A stretch of DNA of 21,615 nucleotides, taken from an uncultured Desulfurococcales archaeon. Lineage in GTDB: Archaea > Thermoproteota > Thermoprotei_A > EX4484-217-1. The DNA is taken from assembly GCA_964406965.1 (NCBI GenBank), contig CAYOTT010000022.1:1-21615 (forward strand), in the 5' to 3' direction. Shown piece after piece: positions 1 through 7,137 of this stretch; position 1 is the stretch's first letter; every line of letters starts with the position of its first letter. Under the pieces are notes generated by a model, which had not been told where the DNA came from, did no database searches, and saw only the letters and a list, made by a program, of their open reading frames with translations. Both the position numbers and the translations under genes were made by a program.

Positions 1-7
1 GAATTTT

Positions 8-135
8 GCGGCCCTGCCAGCACGGCCCCCCTGCAGGGCCTCGCGGACCCTACGGGGTAAGGCCGCGGAGGCAGCTTAGCTTCCGGGTTCGATATGAGTC
101 CGGGCGTTGCCTGCCTCCTATGGCTGGCGGGCCGC
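8..135 (-). rRNA. 5S ribosomal RNA, stand-alone (no 16S or 23S in this window)
   Basis: The reverse complement reads GCGGCCCGCCAGCCAUAGGAGGCAGGCAACGCCCGGACUCAUAUCGAACCCGGAAGCUAAGCUGCC...GGGCCGC. The core CCCGGACUCAU-UCGAACCCGGAAG-UAAGC matches the archaeal (Sulfolobus-type) 5S consensus as I recall it. The termini GCGGCCC and GGGCCGC pair as helix I. Length is 128 nt. It is a GC-rich island in an AT-rich background. Confidence 0.9.
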
Positions 136-160
136 ATTTTATGTTTTGTATGGGGGTCGT

Positions 161-167
161 ATTTAAG
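161..167 (-). promoter_or_regulatory. Candidate TATA box (box A) for the 5S rRNA gene
   Basis: The minus strand reads CTTAAAT, about 26-32 nt upstream of the inferred 5S 5' end at 135. It abuts the stop codon (169-171) of the upstream CDS. This rests on position and motif only. Confidence 0.4.
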
Positions 168-168
168 C

Positions 169-441
169 TTACTTTTGAGGTGCTATTTTTACTGCGTATA
201 TTCTATGAATTCTCATTGTTGCTCCGCATTTTGGACATTGTTTTTCCGGTTTTAAAACGTAGTCTCCTATTTGGAATTTTCTTTCTTCAGTGTAGTTGCA
301 TTGGGAGCATTTTAGGAGTGTTTTTGTTTCATACTCTTCTTTTCGAGCTCTTTTCCTTTCCAGAATCGTTCTTAGTAAGGATGATATTAGGAAGAGTATG
401 AGCATTATTAGGAAGAGCCCGTAAATATCTAAACCCTGCAT
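169..441 (-). CDS. Small membrane-anchored zinc-ribbon protein (one N-terminal TM helix, then CxxC...CxxC)
   Basis: Track ORF 169..453. It has a hydrophobic N-terminus (LDIYGLFLIMLILFLISSLL), a basic stretch, then CSQC-x21-CPKC. The GTG at 453 lies inside an SD-like AGGTGA (455-450). The ATG at 441 sits about 8 nt downstream of that motif, so I prefer 441 as the start. Its start region adjoins the stop of the upstream gene (454-456), so the two genes appear coupled. Confidence 0.65.
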   Translation of the reverse strand: MQGLDIYGLFLIMLILFLISSLLRTILERKRARKEEYETKTLLKCSQCNYTEERKFQIGDYVLKPEKQCPKCGATMRIHRIYAVKIAPQK

Positions 442-453
442 TTCACATGTCAC

Positions 454-1497
454 CTACTGCGCTATTCCTAAAGTGTTACCTACACCAACAACTATAACTA
501 CGTCGCCTTCCTTAGTTCTTTCCTCAAGGCATTTGTCAATTTTCTTAATAACTTCGTCTACAGCATCGCTTATTTCCTTCTTCATTGGTGTTATTGCTTC
601 CTCAAGGGACTGCTTAATGATTATTGAGTCTAAAGGTATGTTGTGCTTCATAGCTATAGATTCTATCTTAAACTTTTCAGGTCCAGGATCACCTATTGCA
701 GCACCAACACCCTCAATAACCTCCCCTGTTTTTTCACCTTCAAACTTTAATGCTGCATCAATCATTATTATTCTTGAAACTTTCCCATTAAGCTCGTTTT
801 CAACAATTCTCTTTAAAGCCTCCCCAGGTTTCCCAACAGTGCCTCCAGGTCCTTTCGCCTTTATAACGTAGAGTTTCCTACCTTTCCTTTCAACAATACC
901 CACTACGGTGTCTCCAACTATTTCCCTAACCTCAACCCCGTTAAGTAGTGATGCTGCTACAAGTGAGCCGACTCCATCACCTATGGGTTTACCTTCCTTA
1001 AAAGCATCCAGTGCTTTAGAATATGTTTCAGCTAACTTAACTATTTGAGGCATTTCAAGCTCAAGCTGCATTATAAGTACCCAGTTATTTGTTTTCTCAC
1101 CTAAAATAAGGTAGTGTCTAACAACTCTGTATATGATGTTGAGAGCTCTAGCAGCTTCAATCATTATTTCAACGTTTGCTCTAGCGAAATCCCCTAAGTC
1201 TGGGAGAACACGTTTAATAGCTTCCTTTAACCTATGCTGTCTAACGTCAAGTAAGTGCTCAAGCCTCCTCATTAAATTTGTTGGTTCGTCACGAACAGGG
1301 TCTATTATGAAGAATTGAAGCAATCCGCTAAGGAATTTTTCAGGATCCTCCCTTACACCCCCCTTCTTAAGAACCTCAATAACCCTTGCTCTAGCGTCCT
1401 TAGCTAACCTCTCTATTTTAGCTAAATGCGTTCTAATGTTCCTTATCCACAAATACATTTGTATTCTCTGGTTAAGACCTGTGAAAATTAGGAGCAT
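454..1497 (-). CDS. Conserved archaeal membrane-anchored protein of unknown function (resembles the DUF1512-type family; assignment from memory, unverified). The N-terminus probably extends upstream of 1497.
   Basis: This is a 347-aa ORF with clean coding character. The frame stays open for 42 more codons upstream and encodes the missing half of a TM helix (SWIALINTIVFLIF-MLLIFTGL), but there is no in-frame ATG, GTG or TTG there (see findings). Confidence 0.8.
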   Translation of the reverse strand: MLLIFTGLNQRIQMYLWIRNIRTHLAKIERLAKDARARVIEVLKKGGVREDPEKFLSGLLQFFIIDPVRDEPTNLMRRLEHLLDVRQHRLKEAIKRVLPDLGDFARANVEIMIEAARALNIIYRVVRHYLILGEKTNNWVLIMQLELEMPQIVKLAETYSKALDAFKEGKPIGDGVGSLVAASLLNGVEVREIVGDTVVGIVERKGRKLYVIKAKGPGGTVGKPGEALKRIVENELNGKVSRIIMIDAALKFEGEKTGEVIEGVGAAIGDPGPEKFKIESIAMKHNIPLDSIIIKQSLEEAITPMKKEISDAVDEVIKKIDKCLEERTKEGDVVIVVGVGNTLGIAQ

Positions 1498-1643
1498 GAA
1501 AATTAGGAAAACTATGGTGTTAATTAAAGCTATCCAACTAGTGTCTTCGCCACCAAATGGTAAGAGCGTTTCCCGTACACCCCGTAGTAGCTTGCTAAAG
1601 TAGTTATAGTGCTTAGGAGTAAGTTAAGTTTTAATGAAGAAAA

Positions 1644-2555
1644 TTAAAGTGTTGTCACTATAACTTCTCTTTCCAAAACTAAAACAGTGTGTTCAAATTG
1701 TGCAACAACACCTCCAGAAGCTTCTAAGAGAACAGGGTATTTATGAAGAATTTTTGACTTAACAAGTTCCCGAAGAACACTTACTAAAGTTGGTCTTTCA
1801 TTAACAATGCTTCTAAGCCATCTTTCAGCAAACGGTAGCCCATCATATTTCCTCTTAACCTCATTAACAAGCTTTTTTGCTAACTCGTTTTTAACCTTCT
1901 TCTCCTTAATTAAAGAGTAAATGAATGCCTCACTACCTTCAACAACATATCCTACACCATTTGTTCCAAAAGGCTCAATAGCGTAAACATGACCTGGGGA
2001 AATACGTGATAAATTAAAAATATCAGGAGTATTCGGTATGGAAACTCCTGAGTGAAGATTATATCTTTCAATAGAGTGGCCGCTAAGATTCCTTATTGGC
2101 TTATAACCGTAACTTTTAATTGCTTTCTCAATAACTTCACCTATTCTGGAAACCCTTATTCCAGGCCTTATGGTTTCTACAGCTCTTTCTAAAGCAGTTT
2201 CTACAGCTAAAAGTAGATCATCGTATTTAGGATTAAACGATACCGTTACCGCAGTATCAGCAATGTAGCCGTCTACATGAACTCCTATGTCTATTTTAAC
2301 AACGGATTCTTCAGGTACCGTTGAGCTATCACCTACATATGGTGTGTAATGTGCTGCAACATTATTTATGGAAATGTTGCAGGGAAACGCTGGTTTACCT
2401 CCTTCATCAACAATTTTCCTCTCGATATCCTCGCAGAAATCATAAACCCTTATTCCAGGCTTCACCTTGCTTAAAGCATACTTTCTAATTCTTGACGCTA
2501 TCTTCCCTGCTTTAACTATTTTACTATATGCTTCCTCATCTATCAGCCCATACAC
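1644..2555 (-). CDS. map: Methionine aminopeptidase, type 2 (archaeal)
   Basis: 303 aa. It carries the pita-bread metal-ligand context AAHYTP, DIGVHVDGYIAD, SGHSI, AIEPF and QFEHTV, and has the archaeal MetAP2 length. Confidence 0.95.
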   Translation of the reverse strand: MYGLIDEEAYSKIVKAGKIASRIRKYALSKVKPGIRVYDFCEDIERKIVDEGGKPAFPCNISINNVAAHYTPYVGDSSTVPEESVVKIDIGVHVDGYIADTAVTVSFNPKYDDLLLAVETALERAVETIRPGIRVSRIGEVIEKAIKSYGYKPIRNLSGHSIERYNLHSGVSIPNTPDIFNLSRISPGHVYAIEPFGTNGVGYVVEGSEAFIYSLIKEKKVKNELAKKLVNEVKRKYDGLPFAERWLRSIVNERPTLVSVLRELVKSKILHKYPVLLEASGGVVAQFEHTVLVLEREVIVTTL

Positions 2556-2633
2556 CCCTCCTTCATAATGTTAAACTGTGGGAAATAAAAACTTATTTTA
2601 CACCCTAAAATTATTAACTATTCGGTGAAAATC

Positions 2634-3299
2634 ATGGGCTACATTAAGTGGTTAGGTCATGCAGCTTTCGAAGTTGAACTTGACGGATTAAGATTGTATT
2701 TTGATCCTTGGATTGAAAATCCTAACTCACCTATTAAATTAAATGATATAGACAGAGCAGACTTCATATTTGTCACCCACGACCACGGCGACCACTTAGG
2801 AAATTCCGTTGAAATAGCTAGGAAAACGGGTGCGAAAATAGTTGGAATTTTCGACTTATGTGAAGCAATAAGTAAGGAAGCAGAAATTGAATGCATAGAC
2901 ATGAACATTGGTGGACTATCTGACATAGGTGGATTAAGTGTAGCATTAGTTCCAGCAACACATAGTTCAGCCCACGGCACATCTGTAGGCTTCGTAGTTA
3001 AGGGTAAAGAAGCAACAATATACCATGCTGGAGACACGGGATTATTCATGGGAATGCAACTTATAGGGGAACTATACAAGCCCGACATAGCATTACTGCC
3101 TATAGGAGGATGGTACACTATGGGACCTTACGAAGCCGCCTATGCTGTAAAGCTAATTAAGCCTAAAACAGTTATACCTATGCATTACGGAACATTCCCA
3201 GCAATTAAAGGGTCTCCGGAAGAATTCATAAAGCATGTTCAAAGAATATATCCAGTACAAGTTGTTGCTCTCGAACCAGGCCAAAAATTTGAGTTCTAA
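2634..3299 (+). CDS. UPF0173-type metallo-beta-lactamase-fold hydrolase
   Basis: It has the HDHGDH (HxHxDH) motif and an N-terminus of the type IKWLGHAAF. An SD-like GGTGA at 2624-2628 precedes the ATG at 2634, so I prefer 2634 to the track's GTG at 2625. Confidence 0.9.
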   Translation: MGYIKWLGHAAFEVELDGLRLYFDPWIENPNSPIKLNDIDRADFIFVTHDHGDHLGNSVEIARKTGAKIVGIFDLCEAISKEAEIECIDMNIGGLSDIGGLSVALVPATHSSAHGTSVGFVVKGKEATIYHAGDTGLFMGMQLIGELYKPDIALLPIGGWYTMGPYEAAYAVKLIKPKTVIPMHYGTFPAIKGSPEEFIKHVQRIYPVQVVALEPGQKFEF

Positions 3300-3361
3300 A
3301 TTTTTATAGTACCTCATTTACAAAAATACTGTGGTGATAGGTATTTTCAAACCTGAAGGGT

Positions 3362-3850
3362 AAAGTAGCTGCAGTAGCTGGAACATTCGATCACCTACAT
3401 AGCGGACATAAACTAATGATTTCTAAAGCTTTCGAAGTAGCAGACCACGTAATAATAGGTGTTGTAAGAGATGAAGCATTAGCGAAACTAGATAAAATTT
3501 GCCGCGAAGGAATACAACCATACGACATACGCGTCTTAAATGTAGTATCGTTTGTAGACCAAGTGGTTTTGAGGAAATACCCTAAGAAAACATATGAAGT
3601 AATAGGCATATGTGGACCATACGATGTTGTTCTGGAGGAAAATAGGAAAGTAGACTACATAGTGGTAAGTGATGAAACACTTCCGAGAGCAATTATGATA
3701 AATATTTTAAGGGAAAAGAAAGGGTTAAGCAAGTTAAAAATAGTTGTTGTCCCCATAGTTAAAGATTTTCATGGAAGACCTATTTCATCACATAGATTTA
3801 GAACAGGAGAACTTGCTTGGAAGAGGGGAATAAGCCATGCTAACAGTTAA
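3362..3850 (+). CDS. Archaeal phosphopantetheine adenylyltransferase (cytidylyltransferase-like, CoA biosynthesis); 5' end unresolved
   Basis: The track ORF starts at ATG 3416, but the nucleotide-binding signature GTFDHLHSGH is encoded in the same frame at 3380-3409, upstream of that ATG. This frame is open only back to the stop at 3338-3340 and contains no ATG, GTG or TTG. The start given here is therefore the first codon of the conserved block (KVAAVAGTFDHLHSGH), not a proven initiation codon. The 3' end overlaps pheS by 14 nt. Confidence 0.8.
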   Translation, partial: KVAAVAGTFDHLHSGHKLMISKAFEVADHVIIGVVRDEALAKLDKICREGIQPYDIRVLNVVSFVDQVVLRKYPKKTYEVIGICGPYDVVLEENRKVDYIVVSDETLPRAIMINILREKKGLSKLKIVVVPIVKDFHGRPISSHRFRTGELAWKRGISHANS

Positions 3851-5318
3851 TGAGAGGAAAATTCTGCAAGCACTTAGGAAAATAGGTAAATCACATTTAA
3901 GCGTTTTGGAAAGAGAAACTGAGCTTCCAAGAAGCACAATAATGGCTTCACTTGAAGGGTTAAAGCAGAAATCAGCTATAAGAGTTTACGAAGAAAAAAG
4001 AGAACTAATTAAGCTAACTAAGGAGGGTGAATTAAGAGCTCTACAAGGACTACCTGAAAGAATAATTGCTGAGAAAACCTGGGAAAATGGTGGGCAACTA
4101 GATCTTAGAGAACTGAAGGAGAAAGCGGGTCTTTCAGATGATGAAGTGAAAATAGGTCTCGGATGGTTAAGGAGAAAGGGTCTTGGCAAAATAGTTAAAG
4201 GAAAAGTTGTTGTTGAAAAGAAACCTGAAGAACTTAATGAGGAAAAACTGCTTAGAAGAATCTATGTTTCGAAAACACTAAATATAAACGCCTTATCTTC
4301 AGATGAAAAAAGAGCTCTTAAAGAGCTTGTTTCGAGAAAACTAGTGCAAATTTATGAGGAAAAAGAGTATTTAGTGGAAATTACCGATAAGGGATTAGAA
4401 TTACTAGGTAAAGAAAAAGAATACATTACCGTCATTACGCATGAGGTAATTAAGAGGAAAGAGTGGTTAAGAAAGGAAATAAAACCCTACAATGTTAAAG
4501 CTGAACCTCCGAAAATCTATCCCGGTAGGAAACATTTCTACGTAGAATTCCTTGATGTAATTAGGGAAATACTTGTTGCAATGGGGTTCACGGAAGCTGA
4601 AGGACCCATAGTTGAAGTTGAACTATGGAATTTCGACATACTTTTCCAGCCACAAGACCATCCGGCAAGAGAAATACATGACACTTTTAGACTGAAATAT
4701 CCTGCAATTAAACCTGTTGAAACAAATGTTGCTGAAAGAGTAAAAGCAGTACATGAGACTGGAGGAACCAGTGGTTCTAGGGGATGGGGGTATAAGTGGA
4801 GCTTAGATATTGCTAAAAGACTTATTCTTAGAACGCAAACAACAAGTGTTTCAGCAAGGTTCCTTTCACAACATAGAGAACCCCCTGTTAAAATGTTCAC
4901 TATAGGTAAGGTTTACAGACCAGACACAATAGATGCTAAGCACCTACCGGAGTTCCACCAACTTGATGGAATAGTTATGGATAGAAACCTTCACTTCAGA
5001 AACCTACTGGGAATTTTAAAGGAGTTCTTTAAACACCTAGGCATAGATACTGTGAAATTTAAGCCATCATACTTCCCATTCACTGAGCCTTCAGTTGAAG
5101 GATACATTTACCATCCAAGAGTAGGTTGGGTTGAATGTTTTGGTGCAGGAATGTTTCGCCCAGAGGTTTTAGAAATGCTTGGAGTAAAATATCCCACCGC
5201 TGCTTGGGGTATAGGTATAGACAGAGTTGCAATGGTTATCTTAGGTATTGACGACATAAGGGACCTTTACTCCCAAGACATTAGCTACTTAAGAAGTAGA
5301 AGAATTTTTATGAGGTAA
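3837..5318 (+). CDS. pheS: Phenylalanine--tRNA ligase alpha subunit (archaeal/eukaryal type)
   Basis: 493 aa. Class II motifs are present: FQPQDHPAREIHDTF, FPFTEPSVEG, GAGMFRPEVL and GIGIDRVAM. It has N-terminal winged-helix-like repeats and is followed by pheT. Confidence 0.95.
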   Translation: MLTVNERKILQALRKIGKSHLSVLERETELPRSTIMASLEGLKQKSAIRVYEEKRELIKLTKEGELRALQGLPERIIAEKTWENGGQLDLRELKEKAGLSDDEVKIGLGWLRRKGLGKIVKGKVVVEKKPEELNEEKLLRRIYVSKTLNINALSSDEKRALKELVSRKLVQIYEEKEYLVEITDKGLELLGKEKEYITVITHEVIKRKEWLRKEIKPYNVKAEPPKIYPGRKHFYVEFLDVIREILVAMGFTEAEGPIVEVELWNFDILFQPQDHPAREIHDTFRLKYPAIKPVETNVAERVKAVHETGGTSGSRGWGYKWSLDIAKRLILRTQTTSVSARFLSQHREPPVKMFTIGKVYRPDTIDAKHLPEFHQLDGIVMDRNLHFRNLLGILKEFFKHLGIDTVKFKPSYFPFTEPSVEGYIYHPRVGWVECFGAGMFRPEVLEMLGVKYPTAAWGIGIDRVAMVILGIDDIRDLYSQDISYLRSRRIFMR

Positions 5319-5325
5319 ATTAGTA

Positions 5326-7002
5326 ATGCCTGTAACTTTAATTAAAAAGAGAAGACTACTTAAACTACTTGGAATAGAAGCTTCAGACAAGGACTTAATA
5401 GAGGTTCTCTCTAAAACCAAGGTTGAAGCTGAACTCATAGATCCGGAAACACTGGAAATCGAAGTAACCCCTGATAGACTTGATTTACTAATAAGTGAGG
5501 GCTTAGCCAGAGAACTTAGGGGATTACTTGGTTTAGAAAAAGGCTATCCAAAATACAGGGTTTCCGACACCGACATTGAACTTGTAGTTTACAGTAATGT
5601 TAAACATGTAAGGCCCTTCATAGCTGCAGCAGTCATTAAAGGCTACTATGTAGACCAAGACTCCTTAGACGAAATAATTCAGTTCCAGGAGAAATTACAT
5701 ACAACATTAGGTAGGGATAGAAGAAAAGTTGCAATAGGCTTTTACGACCTAGACAAGCTAGACTCTAGAAAAATAATTTACAGAGCAGAAAAACCCGATA
5801 AAATACGGTACGTTCCCCTAGGGGAAACTAAGGAAATGAGTGGTAGGGAAATAGTTGAGGAAACGGAGAAGGGAAGAAAGTATAGGCACCTCATAGATGG
5901 CTACGGTGTTTACCCCTTACTACACACCGATAAAGGACAAGTCCTATCAATACCTACAATACTTAATAGCGAAGACACTAAGGTTGATATTGGAACAAAG
6001 AACTTATTTATAGACGTTACAGGAACCGACAAGTACCTTGCTAATAAAACACTTGACTTAATAGTTACAACACTTTCAGAAGTAGCTAATGAAATAGGCA
6101 AAGTACTTGTAATAGATGCTGGTGAAACATATAAGACCCCCGTTCTTACGTCAACGGAGCTTATTGTTGAAACAAACTATTTGAAATCTACTATAGGGCT
6201 TAATATTAGTGACACAGAAATTGCTGAACTTCTTGAAAAAATGAGATACCATGTAGAACCCGTAAGTGACGGTAAGCTCTACGTTAAAGCGCCCCCGTAT
6301 AGATTAGATATTTTACATAAAGTAGATGTAGCAGAAGATGTAGCCATAGCTTACGGCTATAATGAACTAATTCCTGAACTCCCTAAAACATTCACTGTAG
6401 GTAGGGAGCTTGTTAAAACAAAGTTCCTTAGGAAAATAAGAGAGATCATGGCTGGCTTAGGATTTCAAGAAGTACTCACCTTCACTTTAGCCTCTAAGAA
6501 ATTAATAATGGAACTAGTTAGTGCTGATCCAAGTAGGCAAATAGAAATACTTAACCCCATATCTCCACTTTACAATACTATAAGGTCTACGCTAATAGCT
6601 AACATGATTCAGTTTTTAAAGCAAAACCAGCACTCAGACCATCCGATAAAAGTATTTGAAGTAGGAGATACCGTTGAAGTCTATAATGGAGAAGCTGTAG
6701 TGAAAACAAAACTTACAGCCTCAATACTATCCTACAAAGTTGGATTCGAAGACATACAGGCAACATTGTATGCTTTAACTAAAACCTTAGGGCTAACAGT
6801 GCTTCTTGTAGAGGAAAAAGCTCCTCCAAAAATCTTTTTGAAAGGGAGAACAGCTAAAATAATCATTAACGGTAAACTTAGAGGAATAATTGGAGAACTC
6901 GACCCCCAATACCTATTGGAGAAGTTAGAAATAGAGTATCCAGTAGCTCTTTTCGAAATAGATATATCAAACATGTGGAACGAAATAAGGGAGAAAAAGT
7001 AG
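5326..7002 (+). CDS. pheT: Phenylalanine--tRNA ligase beta subunit (archaeal type)
   Basis: 558 aa, the typical archaeal beta-subunit length. It has an N-terminal B3/4-type region (PDRLDLLISEGLARELRG) and lies immediately downstream of pheS. An SD-like TGAGGT sits at 5311-5316. Confidence 0.93.
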   Translation: MPVTLIKKRRLLKLLGIEASDKDLIEVLSKTKVEAELIDPETLEIEVTPDRLDLLISEGLARELRGLLGLEKGYPKYRVSDTDIELVVYSNVKHVRPFIAAAVIKGYYVDQDSLDEIIQFQEKLHTTLGRDRRKVAIGFYDLDKLDSRKIIYRAEKPDKIRYVPLGETKEMSGREIVEETEKGRKYRHLIDGYGVYPLLHTDKGQVLSIPTILNSEDTKVDIGTKNLFIDVTGTDKYLANKTLDLIVTTLSEVANEIGKVLVIDAGETYKTPVLTSTELIVETNYLKSTIGLNISDTEIAELLEKMRYHVEPVSDGKLYVKAPPYRLDILHKVDVAEDVAIAYGYNELIPELPKTFTVGRELVKTKFLRKIREIMAGLGFQEVLTFTLASKKLIMELVSADPSRQIEILNPISPLYNTIRSTLIANMIQFLKQNQHSDHPIKVFEVGDTVEVYNGEAVVKTKLTASILSYKVGFEDIQATLYALTKTLGLTVLLVEEKAPPKIFLKGRTAKIIINGKLRGIIGELDPQYLLEKLEIEYPVALFEIDISNMWNEIREKK

Positions 7003-7008
7003 AGGAAA

Positions 7009-7117
7009 GGTCGTTAGCCGCAGCAACCCCGCTCCCGCCGAAAAGAGCTCACCAGAGGCGGCTACATAGCCGTCAGTGAGGGTGAGTGTTAGCGGCGGGG
7101 GACAGCGGCTAACGACC
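7009..7117 (+). ncRNA. Candidate H/ACA box pseudouridylation guide sRNA (single hairpin with K-turn), enclosed by a 13-bp terminal helix
   Basis: It is a GC-rich island in the pheT-tyrS spacer. The lower stem is 7032-7040 CUCCCGCCG paired with 7093-7101 CGGCGGGGG (9 bp, one G-U). The pocket strands are 7041-7047 AAAAGAG and 7087-7092 UGUUAG. The upper stem is 7048-7053 CUCACC paired with 7081-7086 GGUGAG. The K-turn has A54-G55-A56 opposite the A75-G76-U77 bulge plus G78-A79-G80. The C-stem is 7057-7063 GGCGGCU paired with 7068-7074 AGCCGUC, closed by an ACAU loop. ACA is at 7102-7104, 15 nt from the top of the pocket. The outer helix pairs 7009-7021 with 7105-7117. Confidence 0.5.
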
Positions 7118-7137
7118 CCTTAAACTAGGTGTTTCCA

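Noticed and set aside
6-401. 131-aa plus-strand ORF at the window start
   Set aside because: Its first ~130 nt are the antisense of the 5S rRNA gene and the rest is antisense to the zinc-ribbon CDS. Its composition (R/P/G-rich, then F/L-rich) mirrors that. I judge it not coding.
473-871. 132-aa ORF antisense to the 454-1497 gene (and similarly 1133-1318)
   Set aside because: It is a Ser/Ile/Phe/Pro-rich low-complexity translation with no motifs. Purine-rich (GAA/AAG-rich) sense strands yield stop-poor antisense frames. The same reasoning rejects 3391-3609, 3986-4189, 4538-4900, 5910-6101, 6732-6974, 7125-7400, 8204-8407, 8630-8920, 8964-9158, 15141-15332, 15931-16191, 17455-17724 and 18340-18528.
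2657-3118. 153-aa ORF antisense to the MBL-fold hydrolase
   Set aside because: The sense-strand product has a clear HxHxDH motif and family-typical ends. The antisense translation is Ser/Pro-rich with no recognisable domain.
3334-3356. C/D-box-like pair GTGATAG ... CTGA separated by 12 nt upstream of the PPAT gene
   Set aside because: The C-box match is imperfect. There is no convincing C'/D second half and no terminal stem, and the region is AT-rich with no GC signature. It is more simply the 5' region of the PPAT mRNA. Other UGAUGA occurrences (for example 3669, 4137, 10337) lie inside CDSs without partner D boxes.
7009-7117. Alternative identities for the pheT-tyrS GC island: tRNA, C/D box sRNA, or a transcription-terminator hairpin
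   Set aside because: There is no T-loop (GTTCRANYC) and no cloverleaf. There are no RUGAUGA or CUGA boxes. A ~109-nt multi-element fold with a K-turn is far more elaborate than needed for termination, and archaeal termination relies on oligo-T, which is absent here.
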